A DNA stretch of 64,000 bases from a virus (IMGVR_UViG_3300035670_000185:1925-65924), one strand, 5' to 3'. Shown: positions 28,501 to 39,255, counted from the stretch's first letter. The notes: generated by a model not told the origin, from the sequence alone. Program-made: numbers and translations.

Positions 28501-30575
28501 TATCTGCGCCACAGACACCGCCTGAGACAACAATTATTCCGTCTCCATCGAATCCTTTAATAGGTACAGTTGTGACAACGACTGAAGTAGAGCCTGTTGT
28601 TACGGAAGAATGGAAACCAAGAGACAACATCACCAAAAGGGTTGTGAGAGCATTACTTTCTGAATGTGATTATTTTGAAACCATCAAAGAAACAACTCCG
28701 ATGGTTTATGATAATTTGAAAGACAAATTGAAGTTTTTCCAACCATCATTCCATTCAATGACTCCTGAGGGATTGAACTCAAGATTGACATTTTTACAAC
28801 AATGTTTACGTCCTGGTGATACAATACCAACTATCAAACAAGTTACACCAACAAGTAAGCCGGAATTACTTTATAATAATGCAACTAATACTTCATTTGG
28901 AGCACCACCAGTTTTGGTCTTAAGGGTTGGAGATTTTTATAATACTAAAATAATTCCTACCTCTTTAGGAATAACATATGAAGGATTGGATATAAACCCT
29001 GAAGGTATTGGGGTTCAACCAATGATTGCGAACGTGACTTTATCTTTCAACTTTGTGGGAGGTAGTGGATTGAAAGAATCTGTCGATAAGTTGCAAAATG
29101 CTTTAACGTTCAATTATTATGCAAATACTGAAATATATGATGATAGAGCGGATGTAACAGACACTGAATCATCTAGAATCTTGGATAAAATGTTTTTGGA
29201 TGGACAGACCCCTCCACCAATTCCAAATGCTGGAGTTGTGTATAATGGACAAGATAACAACAATGCTATCGGGTCTATAATCAGTTCAGAGACAAATACA
29301 AGTGGTGTTACAACAGGTATACTAAGTTATAGTGATTTCATGGACAAAGTTGTTGTTGATACTCAAACATACTTTACAACTGTTGTGAATAAGGTCAAAG
29401 AAAGTGTTAACCAATATAATAATGCGGTGAGACAACAATGGATATTGGAGAGAAACTATACACAAGGGAATCTCAATGTTAATCCCGACACGGTTGTATT
29501 ATTTGGAAAACCAAACAATGTTGAAAAAAGATTTGATGAAATATTTGTTGAACTTGATAAGAACATTAAAGATGGAACTGAAGGATTTATAAAATACCTT
29601 TCAGAACCATCAAAAAATTTGTCACCATCGTTGATTCGTACAATTAAAGAAAACTATTACAATTTTGTATCGAGAAAAAGAAGTTCATTCCAAAACGCAA
29701 TTTCTTCTATTTCTCAAAGTTTGGTGAATCAAGAACAAAGTTATATTCAAACTCTTGCTAGATTGAATACAATTACTTTCCAGTTGTCAGGATTAACAAA
29801 TACTGGTACTGATGGTCTTCAAGCAAAAAATGGACCTGTTACAGTGTATGTGACATCAGGAATAACGGATGTTCACCCAACGACAATCGCACAAAATACT
29901 TATTCAGAATTAGTTGAAGATACCATTAAACTTCAAAATAATATTGAAGAGTTTAATACGATTATACAAAGTCCAAAGAAATTCATTTATCCTGCCAATA
30001 GTGTGGAGTATCAGGGTACTTTGGTTTTCAAAACTGAGAATGGAAAATCTAAAGAAGTTACTGTTCAACAAGTTTTCAAACCATTTAGTACAAATGTGTT
30101 ATTTAGTGACACAACTGAAAATTATCCTTTCCGAAGAGTTTATATGATTATTTCAGATGATGTCATTGATGTTAAGAAATATGAAACATTCAAACAACAA
30201 CTCATAGGTAATGTACTTGGTAATCAAGCGTTACTTGGAAATGGATCTGTTGACATTGAATCAATATTTGATACATATTGGATTAGGACTGCAAGACCTG
30301 TTTTCCTCGAAGAGAATAATATTACAAAATCATTCATTGAAAACTTAGAAAAAAATGATTTGAAAGATTATTTAATTTATACACCATTTGATAAAAAACA
30401 AAGAAACTTCACATTTACGACTGAAAATTCTGCGGACACAACTCAAAAAACCTCCCAAGAAAACTTGATAAAAGGTTTGGCGAACACAACGAATCAAAAT
30501 ACTAATGTGTTGACTTGGAACGATACAAATGGAAACGTGGCGGGAGCATATATATCTAAAGCAAAACTGAACTAA
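25506..30575 (+). CDS. Large baseplate/tube-initiator protein with inserted OmpA-like domain
   Basis: WN..DFLGRPEPIYTY and GAPPVLVLRVGD (gp48/gp54-like) flank FYFGNDYP...YNKKLSERR...FGEE...CRRA. Confidence 0.6.
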   Translation: MASPLDFVNSDGFRKKLIVRNLTPYAKAPNRPTQPINTEYIQSDTSVQDSPDKLIDEPSFANKLFPLNQYGNEGGYEQVPDPGALLNTKSNEGEYGYQDANIVGQSGPESQKWKPLNVFSNGNQLPLDSAEFFGSLNRPLTTNTSNNQPYPTTFVSSTYTPVSILLSPDPSGSNGLLSQDSFIARLGAQTLRREFEQRIAAQIRQDTLGRANILNATSGTDLVNILTGVVPIIEPNYTITVTANPILAATNFALRLGGSILPVSPIPGSYFDKNITLGQPTTIQQLSNAFRRSGVGKFFNRLMGGGQTGSEIMFNNMGAGQRSQLFKNIDFNRYKPNFPRNFFQRVAGALVGTVSDNSNFYVGSITSNPSQVFSPVGDVPVNQFGVEQQSPVYGPSELAQLYEGPSQSVRLGANGPTYSNGGGIEGGFTWVSPKYRGNAGKKVGIGGEVTNEDEDFRPSSYVNTESVNNEFRQGSILDDTQRLIESQPQGGKRLQHVGNAIDQVSKVFNDGYKELTKGSKVYRYVGAIGQEVGTEYCRVFAKDLPYLQYNDLQKTDGITTENRRFAYSVLDKTYNLNISPNKQEGGQDSTNIVGTINNAVAKKYMFSLENLAWRTSNTPGFSTSDLPVCERGPNGGRVMWFPPYGLTFSENVSSNWNQSDFLGRPEPIYTYKNTSRTGSLQWKIVVDHPSVLNVIVNKVLGNETNKTRIDSILESFFAGCRKYDIYELAKKYVNINPNDLFELQQAITSKEMTREQIIYTRGTIETGFNSPDGNGGIPVSQEGGGGNTNVQFTDYEKLGFYFGNDYPKPNTTINYTTEYQRYTTTDKELYQTKPNSGKTQTFFNTVVTPNYNAVNDLAIKLGKAFETNPNGTVTIEVDSSCSAPASIDYNKKLSERRIAAMIKFFEENPNTQKYMTSSPQRLIVKPKNAFGEETTAEPKVFNFEGLFTGTPSRMGKIVNCTDKDNNVVGGDTQAGSKDIFTTAAMACRRAYISSINSTLSAPQTPPETTIIPSPSNPLIGTVVTTTEVEPVVTEEWKPRDNITKRVVRALLSECDYFETIKETTPMVYDNLKDKLKFFQPSFHSMTPEGLNSRLTFLQQCLRPGDTIPTIKQVTPTSKPELLYNNATNTSFGAPPVLVLRVGDFYNTKIIPTSLGITYEGLDINPEGIGVQPMIANVTLSFNFVGGSGLKESVDKLQNALTFNYYANTEIYDDRADVTDTESSRILDKMFLDGQTPPPIPNAGVVYNGQDNNNAIGSIISSETNTSGVTTGILSYSDFMDKVVVDTQTYFTTVVNKVKESVNQYNNAVRQQWILERNYTQGNLNVNPDTVVLFGKPNNVEKRFDEIFVELDKNIKDGTEGFIKYLSEPSKNLSPSLIRTIKENYYNFVSRKRSSFQNAISSISQSLVNQEQSYIQTLARLNTITFQLSGLTNTGTDGLQAKNGPVTVYVTSGITDVHPTTIAQNTYSELVEDTIKLQNNIEEFNTIIQSPKKFIYPANSVEYQGTLVFKTENGKSKEVTVQQVFKPFSTNVLFSDTTENYPFRRVYMIISDDVIDVKKYETFKQQLIGNVLGNQALLGNGSVDIESIFDTYWIRTARPVFLEENNITKSFIENLEKNDLKDYLIYTPFDKKQRNFTFTTENSADTTQKTSQENLIKGLANTTNQNTNVLTWNDTNGNVAGAYISKAKLN

Positions 30576-30898
30576 TGGCATATCAATATTGGAACCGATA
30601 TAGTGATTTTCTAATTAATGGGGAACAAACCGTTGTTCCTTACGTATCTCTGCCTCAAAAACCCACCGATAAGGCATTTATTTATAAAGTTGCAAAAAGT
30701 AGATTAGACAAAGTTTCCCAAGAATATTATAACTCACCAGTTTTTAGTTGGCTTATTCTTCAGGCAAATCCACAATTTGGGGGTTTGGAAAATAATATTT
30801 ATGATGGCGCGGTATTGATTATCCCATTTCCCTTACTACCATCTTTACAGGATTATAAGGCAGCTTTAGAAAATCATTTTTATTATTATGGCAGGTAA
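30575..30898 (+). CDS. LysM-like baseplate wedge protein (gp53/tail X-like)
   Basis: RLDKVSQEYY.SP...WLILQANP...G..LIIP. Confidence 0.75.
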   Translation: MAYQYWNRYSDFLINGEQTVVPYVSLPQKPTDKAFIYKVAKSRLDKVSQEYYNSPVFSWLILQANPQFGGLENNIYDGAVLIIPFPLLPSLQDYKAALENHFYYYGR

Positions 30899-33800
30899 CA
30901 TTCAAGCAGACACTAGTGGTAATATTTTAGTGGAGTTTGACTACAATAACATTATTGTGGTTGACCCCAATAAAACTATAGATGATTTTGGAAATATTAA
31001 AGAGAGGCTTGTCGACCATGAGAATCTTGTAATGTATGCCAACTTGGAAGCAGATCTCTTACCAAGAACTAAATTGGCGGTTGGTGGAAGTCCCGAAGAC
31101 AGAATCAGGACAATATCAGTTGCCAAAATGAATTTTTTGAAACCAACCAAAAATGCTTTTTTGGGGGCTGGATATTATGATGAATTGACAGGGGAAAACT
31201 CGACTAAGTTCAAAGGGGAGAATCAAAAACTTGAGGTTGGTATAGAATCTTACAACGGACAAAAACCTTATACTATTAATACTGTTGCAAATGAAAAAGA
31301 TATAATTGACAATGGATTACTTGGAATTACGTCGATAAACATCAAAACAACACAGAGTTTCATTCCAACTGTAGAAATTTTGTTGGAAGACATTCAAGGT
31401 AAGGCATTATTCGAACTTGGAAATAATTCTCCTTATGCTGCATTTTTCAACATGCCATACCCTCAGTTTTATTTAACACTAAAAGGGTATTATGGTCAGG
31501 CGGTTAGATATCAGTTGAACTTGAAAGATTTTCACGCTTCGTTCAATGGTTTCAGTGGAAATTATCAGGTTCGACTTAATTTCGTAGGATACAAATTCAA
31601 TATATTGAATGAAGTGGCTATGGGTCATTTGTTAGCGGCACCTCACATGTATAGCCAAAGATTCGACATTAGTCAAACTTTGGATGGTCCACAACAACCG
31701 AACAAAGCTGCTGAATCTCAAGCTAGTACACAAGCTGAAAGGGGTGCAAATAACTTAGGGTCGAATGAGGCTGTTGTTACACAGATAGTTGCTGAAAAAG
31801 GGTATCAAAAGATTGTTGAGGTTTATAGTGAATATAAGGCCAAAGGATTAATTGACCCTAATTTTCCTGAATTAACCTTAGTTCAGTTGATGATTAAGTT
31901 AGAAAATTTTGAAACAAATATCATGGATTCGTTTGACAAGACTGAAGTCGAATCACTAACGAATGTCAGAAATTATAAAGGTATACTTACTGAATATTTT
32001 AACACAATCAGAGCGTCGAATAATTCTTGGTTTAATATAAATTTAGACCCAAGACCAATCATTCTTGTATCAGGAGAAAGAGTATATGTCTTCAAAGAAT
32101 TGTCTCGTGAAGTAAAGGATACTGCAATTTCCAAACTACAGGGTGATATTACAAGATATAACCAAGCGTTATCTGAAAACCCAACTTTAGGTACCAAAGG
32201 AGTAACTCCAATACCAAATCCAATAAAATATGAAATGTTGGAGAGGACCGCACCACAATGGTCTGAAATCGATTGGAAGGAAACAACGAGAATTCAAACA
32301 GGAATTACCAATCCAACAGTTGAAGACGAAAATAAAGTAAAAAGTAGAGTTTCAACTTTATTCGTGCCCAAAGAATTACAACAAACCAATCCAGTGGGTG
32401 CTATAGTTGGTTTGGCAAGTTTGATAAATTCTAAGTTTACCGTTGTTCCTCAAAAATGGTTTGTGTTTGAAGGGGAAGGAAGGTTTGATAAACAAATAGC
32501 CTTGATGGAGGCCCAAGCCAACAAAAAACTTTCAGATTATGAAAGTGAAATTTCTGACTTATTATTGAGAAAAATCGAAGACACTGCCACTGGTATTGGA
32601 TTTACACCAACAGTAAGAAATATGATTGCGGTAATCATGGCATCAGCTGAAGGTTTTATACGTCTATTAGATGATGTTCACACAGAGGCGTGGGATGTAA
32701 AATATGACCCTGTAAGAAAAAGGGCAATTTTGGAAAACCCAACTTCAGCTCCAAGTACTGAAACTATAGATAATGTTGTAAGAGACCCATTCACATTATT
32801 CAATGAAAATCAATTGAATACGGATGCGGTTAATTCACAAGTTCCTGTCTACCCTTGGCCACAATTTTTTGTTGAAACCCCTGATGATAAAAAAGGGAGA
32901 TTCCAATTAAAATATATTGCTGACCCATCGGTGGTTGATTTAACTCAAGGGTACCTTTTTGATAAGTGGCCTGAAGTTGAGTTTGTTGAGGAATACATGA
33001 AAGGATTGACACAAAAGTTTCAAAATCCTAATTCTCCACCTCCATTAGATAATGAAAGGGATACTAATATTATCAATATAAATGCGATAGAGTTTCCATC
33101 AACAGGTTTAGCTTACACAAATAAAGAAGAAATTAAATTCTTTTATGAGATTTGGGAAAGACAATTCCTCACGTCACATTATTCTGGATTGATTAGGGCT
33201 AATCTGAATCAAGTTGATGAGTTAGTTAAGTTGAATATCGAAACTGAAGTGAACAACATTCAAACCAAACTTGGGGCTAATTCCCCTTATTTGACTTTGA
33301 AATTAAAAAACTTTAATTTGAATTCGTCTAATTATCCTGATTTTTTAAGAACAATATCAAACACAGGAACAGGACGGGCTTATCAAGATTACATAAGAGA
33401 TTTTTTTGTAACACCTTATATCAGAGGTTTAACAGAAAATTCGTTTGCGATTCTAAATTCTTTAGAATTGGGAAAAATTCCTCAGGTGTTTACAAAATCT
33501 GAGGCTTTACGTGCTTTAGTAGTAAACGCGTCAAATGACCCACTTATTGTGGATACATTACCTTATACCAATCCTAACTGGTGTCTGACAAATTTGAATC
33601 AAGGAAATACTGCGGTTTCCAATCAAGTATATAATACAAACAAATCACTTACGATTTTCGAACCTAGAAAAATTATTTCTAATTTTACAGATGTGTATAA
33701 TTACACAGACAATAGACCAGTAACAAATTTTTCATATTTAATAAATCTAAACCCAACACTAGTTGCACTCACGTCAGGGTTATTTAATAGTAGTATTGTT

Positions 33801-36800
33801 GGATTAAGTGCATTTTATTCCCTCAGAACTCCAGAAAACTTTGTTGCGACTGAGGGATATGTTAACGGAACTACACCTACAGGATTATTGAGCCCAAGGT
33901 CAACAACATCGATGTTGAATACTCCTTACTTTATTAATGCGGTACAGAATGGAGTTTATAATTCAAGAATATCAGGTAACACATATCCTTATGTGCAAGC
34001 GGCTTATTTGTTCCTTAATTCTTTACCATTGGCAACATTGAGAGAAAAATATAAATCGTTCTCGAATGATGTCACAACTGAATTGGATTACATCTCATCC
34101 ACACTGAAAAAGTTTGGCGCTATTCATAAATTACCATATGCTTGGATATTGAAATATGGGTCGATATGGCATAGATACAAAAAGTATAAGGAATCTAATG
34201 TAGATATATTGGATACCGCTTGGGGTAACTTTAACTATGCGGAAAATTTTTATCCTCCTACGAGTTCAATTACCGAAACATACACTTTCAAATATTCAAA
34301 TGTAAATACAAGAATTCGTTTACAAAGTGAAGGAGTTACACAAATACAAATGCAAGTTGGATTTTATCCTAAACTTATAAATGACTTTAATGTTTTTTAT
34401 AACGGATATGATTTGTATCAAAATTATACTGATACTGAAATCCAAAACAGTGTTAATGCAGGAATGAAGTTATATAATTTCAGTCCATCAAACATTGTTA
34501 ATGCCAAACAGGATGGTAAGATTTTTCAGTTGACAACATGGTCTGTGTTATTACCTAACACAACTCCAGATGCTCCCATCGATTGTAACCCCAAAGACAA
34601 CACAGTTGGTAACGATTATTTTGTAATACCTTCGTTTGGAACCCCTTTCAATCAGACAGTGGAATCGTGTATAGTCGACCAAACCACAACACCTACAACA
34701 AAAGTAAATATTACCAATAATCCTGCCGTGTTCAACGGATCGGTTAGATGTTTATGGTCGGCATCAAATTTTGGATATTTTGATAATAATCAATTAGCAT
34801 TTCCTGAACCTGATTCTTACTTGAATTTAATAACAAGTGGGGATAATCAAACTCCTTTACATTTTTTAACCCAAGACAATTACACCAAAATAGAGGAAGT
34901 ATTTTCAGTTTTTGAAAAAAAGATTTTGGATTCTTTTGAATTGGAATTCTTAAATTTTTGTAAACGTATAACAGATGCAAATACTGGCGGAGATGTTACA
35001 ACATTTGGACAATCAACTGTAAATGTGAATGCAAACTTCAAAAACTTTCAGTCATTGTTTAGAAGTTTGATGACGGTCCCAACTAAGTCACAAGAAGAAA
35101 CCGAAGGACAATATTTTGATAATACTATTAGTAACCAATATTCTTTGTTCCAAAGCGGTATCAAGGCGTTTATGGAGTATGATGTAATATTCAAGTATGG
35201 TAATCCTTCCAATTATGAAAGGAGAATTTTTGATTCTTATTTATCACATAACAATGCTGAGTTTGTAGTTGACCCTATAACTTTTGAGCCATATGTACCA
35301 AATACATTGCCTCAGTTAGGAAGTAACTTAACTTTGAGTCAATCACAAATTAATAATAGACAAGCTTGGACAGCATTGGAAACTGAAGTTGGATTTTCAA
35401 CCATTCCGAATGTTAGGTATAGTTCGGTTGGTTCATATATTACCGACTTTTTCATTGATAATAATATAGAGTTCACAAGTCAAAATGTAACATTACTTGC
35501 ACCTATCATTAAGATGTATGCGACACAAAAACTTAATAATCCTAATATAACCGCTTCACAGTTTCAAAATCAATTAAGTCAATATCTACAAAGAGAAACT
35601 GGTATTCAAAATAACTTTTTGAATGAAGTATTGACAGGATTGAGGAGAAGTTTACCCAACCAACAACAATTACCCGAAAGAGTAATTAATAGTGTCATTA
35701 CTGGTGAACAGAGTAAAGTTGAAAACTACGAAATGTTCAAGGCACTCAATGATAAGTGGATTGCTGGTGGTGATTACAAAACCAAAACGTTATTCGAGGA
35801 CTTTCTGTTTTTGGATAGGGCGTCCCGAAATATCGGAGATACTATTTTGATTGATATCTTCGAACTCAAAAATACTCTAAATAAGAATTCATTGAATCAG
35901 GCAATGAGTGTATTCACATTCATTAGTGGCATATTGATTAAAAACAACTTCACAGTTATGCCACTACCGTCTTATGTTAATTTCTATAATGTACAAGAGG
36001 TTGATGGAACTGCATCACCTAGACCTGAGGGTTCCCTTCAGTTTGCTAACAATTTATGGGGTACATTCTTGGACGTTGATTATAGAAATTCGGGGCCAAA
36101 ACTAGTTTGTTTTTATGTTGGTAAACCATCTCAAAATCTTAATCTACCAAAAAATAATTTTAAGTTTAGAGATGATGCTTTTGAATTAAGGAGGGCATCA
36201 GAAAATCCTTTAATTGAAGACCAACAAGGAAAAACAGATTGGGCCTTATCTAACAAGTGCGTTGGATTCAATGTTGACGTAGGAATAAGAAATCAGAATA
36301 TATTTTATTCATTTACAGTGTCTCAAGATAATGGCGTTGCGACATCGGAGTCCATCAATACCCAACTTAATATGGTCGACCAAGCGTCAGGACGAGCTGT
36401 TGCAACTCAAAATGTTAGTTTGTATAACTTATATAAAAATAGGTCTTACAAGTCCACGGTTACAAGTTTGGGTAATGCCTTGATTCAACCGACAATGTAT
36501 TTCAATCTAAGACATGTTCCAATGTTTAATGGTCCTTACATGATTACAGATGTGAGTCATTCGATACAACCAGGGTCATTCCAAACTGTATTCGATGGGA
36601 TTCGACAAGGGATTTATGATTTACCATCTATCGATACGTTTTTACAAAGTATTAACCAAAATTTGATTACAAGGTTAGAAGAATTGTTGAAAATTAATAA
36701 AGACCAAATAAAGGTTAGTGCAACAACTGACAACGTAAAATCAACCGAGGTTCTTCAAAAGGCTGATAATACTTTGGATACTACAAATTCTTGTAGTTCG

Positions 36801-38291
36801 AAAATTACGGCACCTGTTTATGTAAATGCAAATCCTGGATACGTAGCGGTAAATGGACAATTAACAAAATTCAGTCCGACTGACTTTGCAAATGCGTTAA
36901 AACGATTGATACCTAATAATCCTGATTTACAAACTATAATTTATAGTATATCATATATTCGAACTTTCCAATCTGATTCGAACACTAATGTTGGTACGTT
37001 TAACGGATTTAATAATAACTTAGCGACTTTATCTCTTGATATGGACTGGGGAGGACAAGTTTCTTTATTACAAAGAAATTATAGTTGTGTTAATATCAAA
37101 ACAACTCCTTCAACAAATATATCATTACCAGTCGCTCATTTTGATACCCTCGATACCTACATTCAGTTTATGTCGGGACGTATCCGTGGGAACGTGGAAA
37201 GGGTAATTCAATTAGGATTAGCAAAATATTATGTTTGTTTTTGGCCCAAATCAAACGTATCAGAAGAATATTACGATAAGAATTTTAATGAGTTCCAACA
37301 AACAAGAGATACATTCAAAAAAGCTTTGGCTTCCGCGGTTGAAGTTGGTTTAACCAATGTTGAAAAATCCGTTGAATATAAAACAACTGATGATAAAAAT
37401 GAGGGCCAATCCAATACTCCGAATGTCACTCCAACACCATCACCAATACCTGGTCAAACTTGTCCTCCGGCAATAATTACATCATTCTCCCCTACAATTG
37501 GTAAAGTTGGAACTATCGTTCAGATAAATGGTTCAAATTTTGAAACAACTAAAGAAATTAAAATTGGTACTACAATAGTACCGTTCTCAGGAGTTACAAT
37601 TTTGAATTCGGGTACAATTAGATTTACAGTACCTCAAGTTGGAGAGGGAGTTAAAGTAGAAGAAAAGATTAGTTTAACAACTGATTATGGTACTACAGTT
37701 AGTGTTTCTAATTTCACATATGACCTGACTATGGTTTCAATACCAGAACCAGCACAACCAACTACAGCTCAAGGACCATCTGCGTCTATTCCACCTGAAG
37801 TTGCGCCAGGTATTCCAAATGCTAACACACAACCACAAGAAACTGGACCAGTCGTACTGACTGGTACAACAACAACTAACTTACTCGGAAGTGATACATC
37901 TCTGAGAGTAAATGTTAATCCGGAATCTGGGCCTTGGAAAATTATTCCATCTTTTATGACATGGCAGTGGAGAGCGGTTGGTGTTAAGGCAGGACCGAAC
38001 AACACATTTGAAGAAGAAACTTTAGGTAAACAAACTGGAAATAGAGAATTGGAAGGGAATGTTTCCACAGATGGAAAGTCATTTACGGTAACTGATTTTG
38101 AAATCGTTGATATTGTAGAACAAGATTTAGATGAACCAGACGATATTAAAAAAGTTACAAAAATATATAATCAAGTAGTATTTGTATGTAATAATGATGA
38201 CGCATATGTGAAATATAATGAAACTAAAAATCCTGAGGATGTAATTAAACAGGTAGTTCAATCGTTTAACTTCACTATAATTCTTAAGTAA
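30888..38291 (+). CDS. Giant (2467 aa) putative baseplate hub protein with C-terminal IPT/TIG domain
   Basis: Follows the LysM gene; LGNALIQP..F.L....FNGPYMITDVSHSI is gp27/GpD-like; ITSFSPTIGKVGTIVQINGSNF is IPT/TIG-like. Confidence 0.6.
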   Translation: MAGNIQADTSGNILVEFDYNNIIVVDPNKTIDDFGNIKERLVDHENLVMYANLEADLLPRTKLAVGGSPEDRIRTISVAKMNFLKPTKNAFLGAGYYDELTGENSTKFKGENQKLEVGIESYNGQKPYTINTVANEKDIIDNGLLGITSINIKTTQSFIPTVEILLEDIQGKALFELGNNSPYAAFFNMPYPQFYLTLKGYYGQAVRYQLNLKDFHASFNGFSGNYQVRLNFVGYKFNILNEVAMGHLLAAPHMYSQRFDISQTLDGPQQPNKAAESQASTQAERGANNLGSNEAVVTQIVAEKGYQKIVEVYSEYKAKGLIDPNFPELTLVQLMIKLENFETNIMDSFDKTEVESLTNVRNYKGILTEYFNTIRASNNSWFNINLDPRPIILVSGERVYVFKELSREVKDTAISKLQGDITRYNQALSENPTLGTKGVTPIPNPIKYEMLERTAPQWSEIDWKETTRIQTGITNPTVEDENKVKSRVSTLFVPKELQQTNPVGAIVGLASLINSKFTVVPQKWFVFEGEGRFDKQIALMEAQANKKLSDYESEISDLLLRKIEDTATGIGFTPTVRNMIAVIMASAEGFIRLLDDVHTEAWDVKYDPVRKRAILENPTSAPSTETIDNVVRDPFTLFNENQLNTDAVNSQVPVYPWPQFFVETPDDKKGRFQLKYIADPSVVDLTQGYLFDKWPEVEFVEEYMKGLTQKFQNPNSPPPLDNERDTNIININAIEFPSTGLAYTNKEEIKFFYEIWERQFLTSHYSGLIRANLNQVDELVKLNIETEVNNIQTKLGANSPYLTLKLKNFNLNSSNYPDFLRTISNTGTGRAYQDYIRDFFVTPYIRGLTENSFAILNSLELGKIPQVFTKSEALRALVVNASNDPLIVDTLPYTNPNWCLTNLNQGNTAVSNQVYNTNKSLTIFEPRKIISNFTDVYNYTDNRPVTNFSYLINLNPTLVALTSGLFNSSIVGLSAFYSLRTPENFVATEGYVNGTTPTGLLSPRSTTSMLNTPYFINAVQNGVYNSRISGNTYPYVQAAYLFLNSLPLATLREKYKSFSNDVTTELDYISSTLKKFGAIHKLPYAWILKYGSIWHRYKKYKESNVDILDTAWGNFNYAENFYPPTSSITETYTFKYSNVNTRIRLQSEGVTQIQMQVGFYPKLINDFNVFYNGYDLYQNYTDTEIQNSVNAGMKLYNFSPSNIVNAKQDGKIFQLTTWSVLLPNTTPDAPIDCNPKDNTVGNDYFVIPSFGTPFNQTVESCIVDQTTTPTTKVNITNNPAVFNGSVRCLWSASNFGYFDNNQLAFPEPDSYLNLITSGDNQTPLHFLTQDNYTKIEEVFSVFEKKILDSFELEFLNFCKRITDANTGGDVTTFGQSTVNVNANFKNFQSLFRSLMTVPTKSQEETEGQYFDNTISNQYSLFQSGIKAFMEYDVIFKYGNPSNYERRIFDSYLSHNNAEFVVDPITFEPYVPNTLPQLGSNLTLSQSQINNRQAWTALETEVGFSTIPNVRYSSVGSYITDFFIDNNIEFTSQNVTLLAPIIKMYATQKLNNPNITASQFQNQLSQYLQRETGIQNNFLNEVLTGLRRSLPNQQQLPERVINSVITGEQSKVENYEMFKALNDKWIAGGDYKTKTLFEDFLFLDRASRNIGDTILIDIFELKNTLNKNSLNQAMSVFTFISGILIKNNFTVMPLPSYVNFYNVQEVDGTASPRPEGSLQFANNLWGTFLDVDYRNSGPKLVCFYVGKPSQNLNLPKNNFKFRDDAFELRRASENPLIEDQQGKTDWALSNKCVGFNVDVGIRNQNIFYSFTVSQDNGVATSESINTQLNMVDQASGRAVATQNVSLYNLYKNRSYKSTVTSLGNALIQPTMYFNLRHVPMFNGPYMITDVSHSIQPGSFQTVFDGIRQGIYDLPSIDTFLQSINQNLITRLEELLKINKDQIKVSATTDNVKSTEVLQKADNTLDTTNSCSSKITAPVYVNANPGYVAVNGQLTKFSPTDFANALKRLIPNNPDLQTIIYSISYIRTFQSDSNTNVGTFNGFNNNLATLSLDMDWGGQVSLLQRNYSCVNIKTTPSTNISLPVAHFDTLDTYIQFMSGRIRGNVERVIQLGLAKYYVCFWPKSNVSEEYYDKNFNEFQQTRDTFKKALASAVEVGLTNVEKSVEYKTTDDKNEGQSNTPNVTPTPSPIPGQTCPPAIITSFSPTIGKVGTIVQINGSNFETTKEIKIGTTIVPFSGVTILNSGTIRFTVPQVGEGVKVEEKISLTTDYGTTVSVSNFTYDLTMVSIPEPAQPTTAQGPSASIPPEVAPGIPNANTQPQETGPVVLTGTTTTNLLGSDTSLRVNVNPESGPWKIIPSFMTWQWRAVGVKAGPNNTFEEETLGKQTGNRELEGNVSTDGKSFTVTDFEIVDIVEQDLDEPDDIKKVTKIYNQVVFVCNNDDAYVKYNETKNPEDVIKQVVQSFNFTIILK

Positions 38292-38330
38292 CTTAATTCA
38301 TAACCTACATATTTATATAAAAAGATTCTT

Positions 38331-38555
38331 ATGAACATAAAAACAGCATTAGACAATTATCTTGGTAAATCTGTCAGATTTTCTCAGGAAGACAACGGAG
38401 ATGGAACTAAACAAGTTTGTGATTTAGATACAGGAGATTGTTATACAGTCAGAGAAAGAGATGGTCTTATCGAAAGAGCTGGACATCAAACAACCGCAAA
38501 TCGAAGAGTAAGAGTGGAAACTCCTAATGGGATAAAAACATTATTAAACGGATAA
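38331..38555 (+). CDS. Hypothetical protein
   Basis: 74 aa, preceded by TATTTAT. Confidence 0.7.
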   Translation: MNIKTALDNYLGKSVRFSQEDNGDGTKQVCDLDTGDCYTVRERDGLIERAGHQTTANRRVRVETPNGIKTLLNG

Positions 38556-38558
38556 AAA

Positions 38559-39236
38559 ATGAGTTTAGATAAAAAAATTATCAAAGAGATTGAAAGACAT
38601 CGAAAGATTAACAATTATATATTAGAACAAGTTGGAGCACCGACTGAGCCAGATCCATTGGCGGCTTTAGCACCTGACGCCGCTGCGGCACCCGCACCGG
38701 CTCCTGCAGAAGTAACACCACCAGCAGCTCCTGAAACAGAACCACAACCAATCGATGTCGAGGCTGATCCTGATGTTGAAAAAATTGATGATGAGGGAGA
38801 ATCTGAAGAAACAACTGATGAATCGGGTACAGAAGAACTTGATATTACCGATTTAGTGGATTCACAAAAAAATATCGAAACTAAACAAGAAGAGTATTTC
38901 AATAATTTATTCAACCAACTTAATGATTTACAATCTAAGTTAGGAGAAATGGATACCATTATGAATAAATTAAATTCTCTTGAAGTTAAAATCGAAAAGT
39001 ACAGAGAAAAAACTCCCCAAGAAAAATTGGAATTAAGAACCTACGACTCATATCCATTTAGTCAAAAACTTTCACAATTCTTCGATGACAAGCAAGATGA
39101 GATGGAAAAGACGGGAAAAAATGATTATGTTTTAACTGCAGACGAAGTTACTGATATAAATGTGAATGACATTAAAAACTCATTTCAACCTGGTGGAGGT
39201 TTAGACAATGAAGTTTACAAAACTTCATTTAGGTAA
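38559..39236 (+). CDS. Acidic, Pro/Ala-rich coiled-coil protein (scaffold/internal-head-like)
   Basis: Basic leader ending YILEQ, PA-rich acidic linker, heptad region. Confidence 0.6.
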   Translation: MSLDKKIIKEIERHRKINNYILEQVGAPTEPDPLAALAPDAAAAPAPAPAEVTPPAAPETEPQPIDVEADPDVEKIDDEGESEETTDESGTEELDITDLVDSQKNIETKQEEYFNNLFNQLNDLQSKLGEMDTIMNKLNSLEVKIEKYREKTPQEKLELRTYDSYPFSQKLSQFFDDKQDEMEKTGKNDYVLTADEVTDINVNDIKNSFQPGGGLDNEVYKTSFR

Positions 39237-39255
39237 CACACCACAACACATTTAG

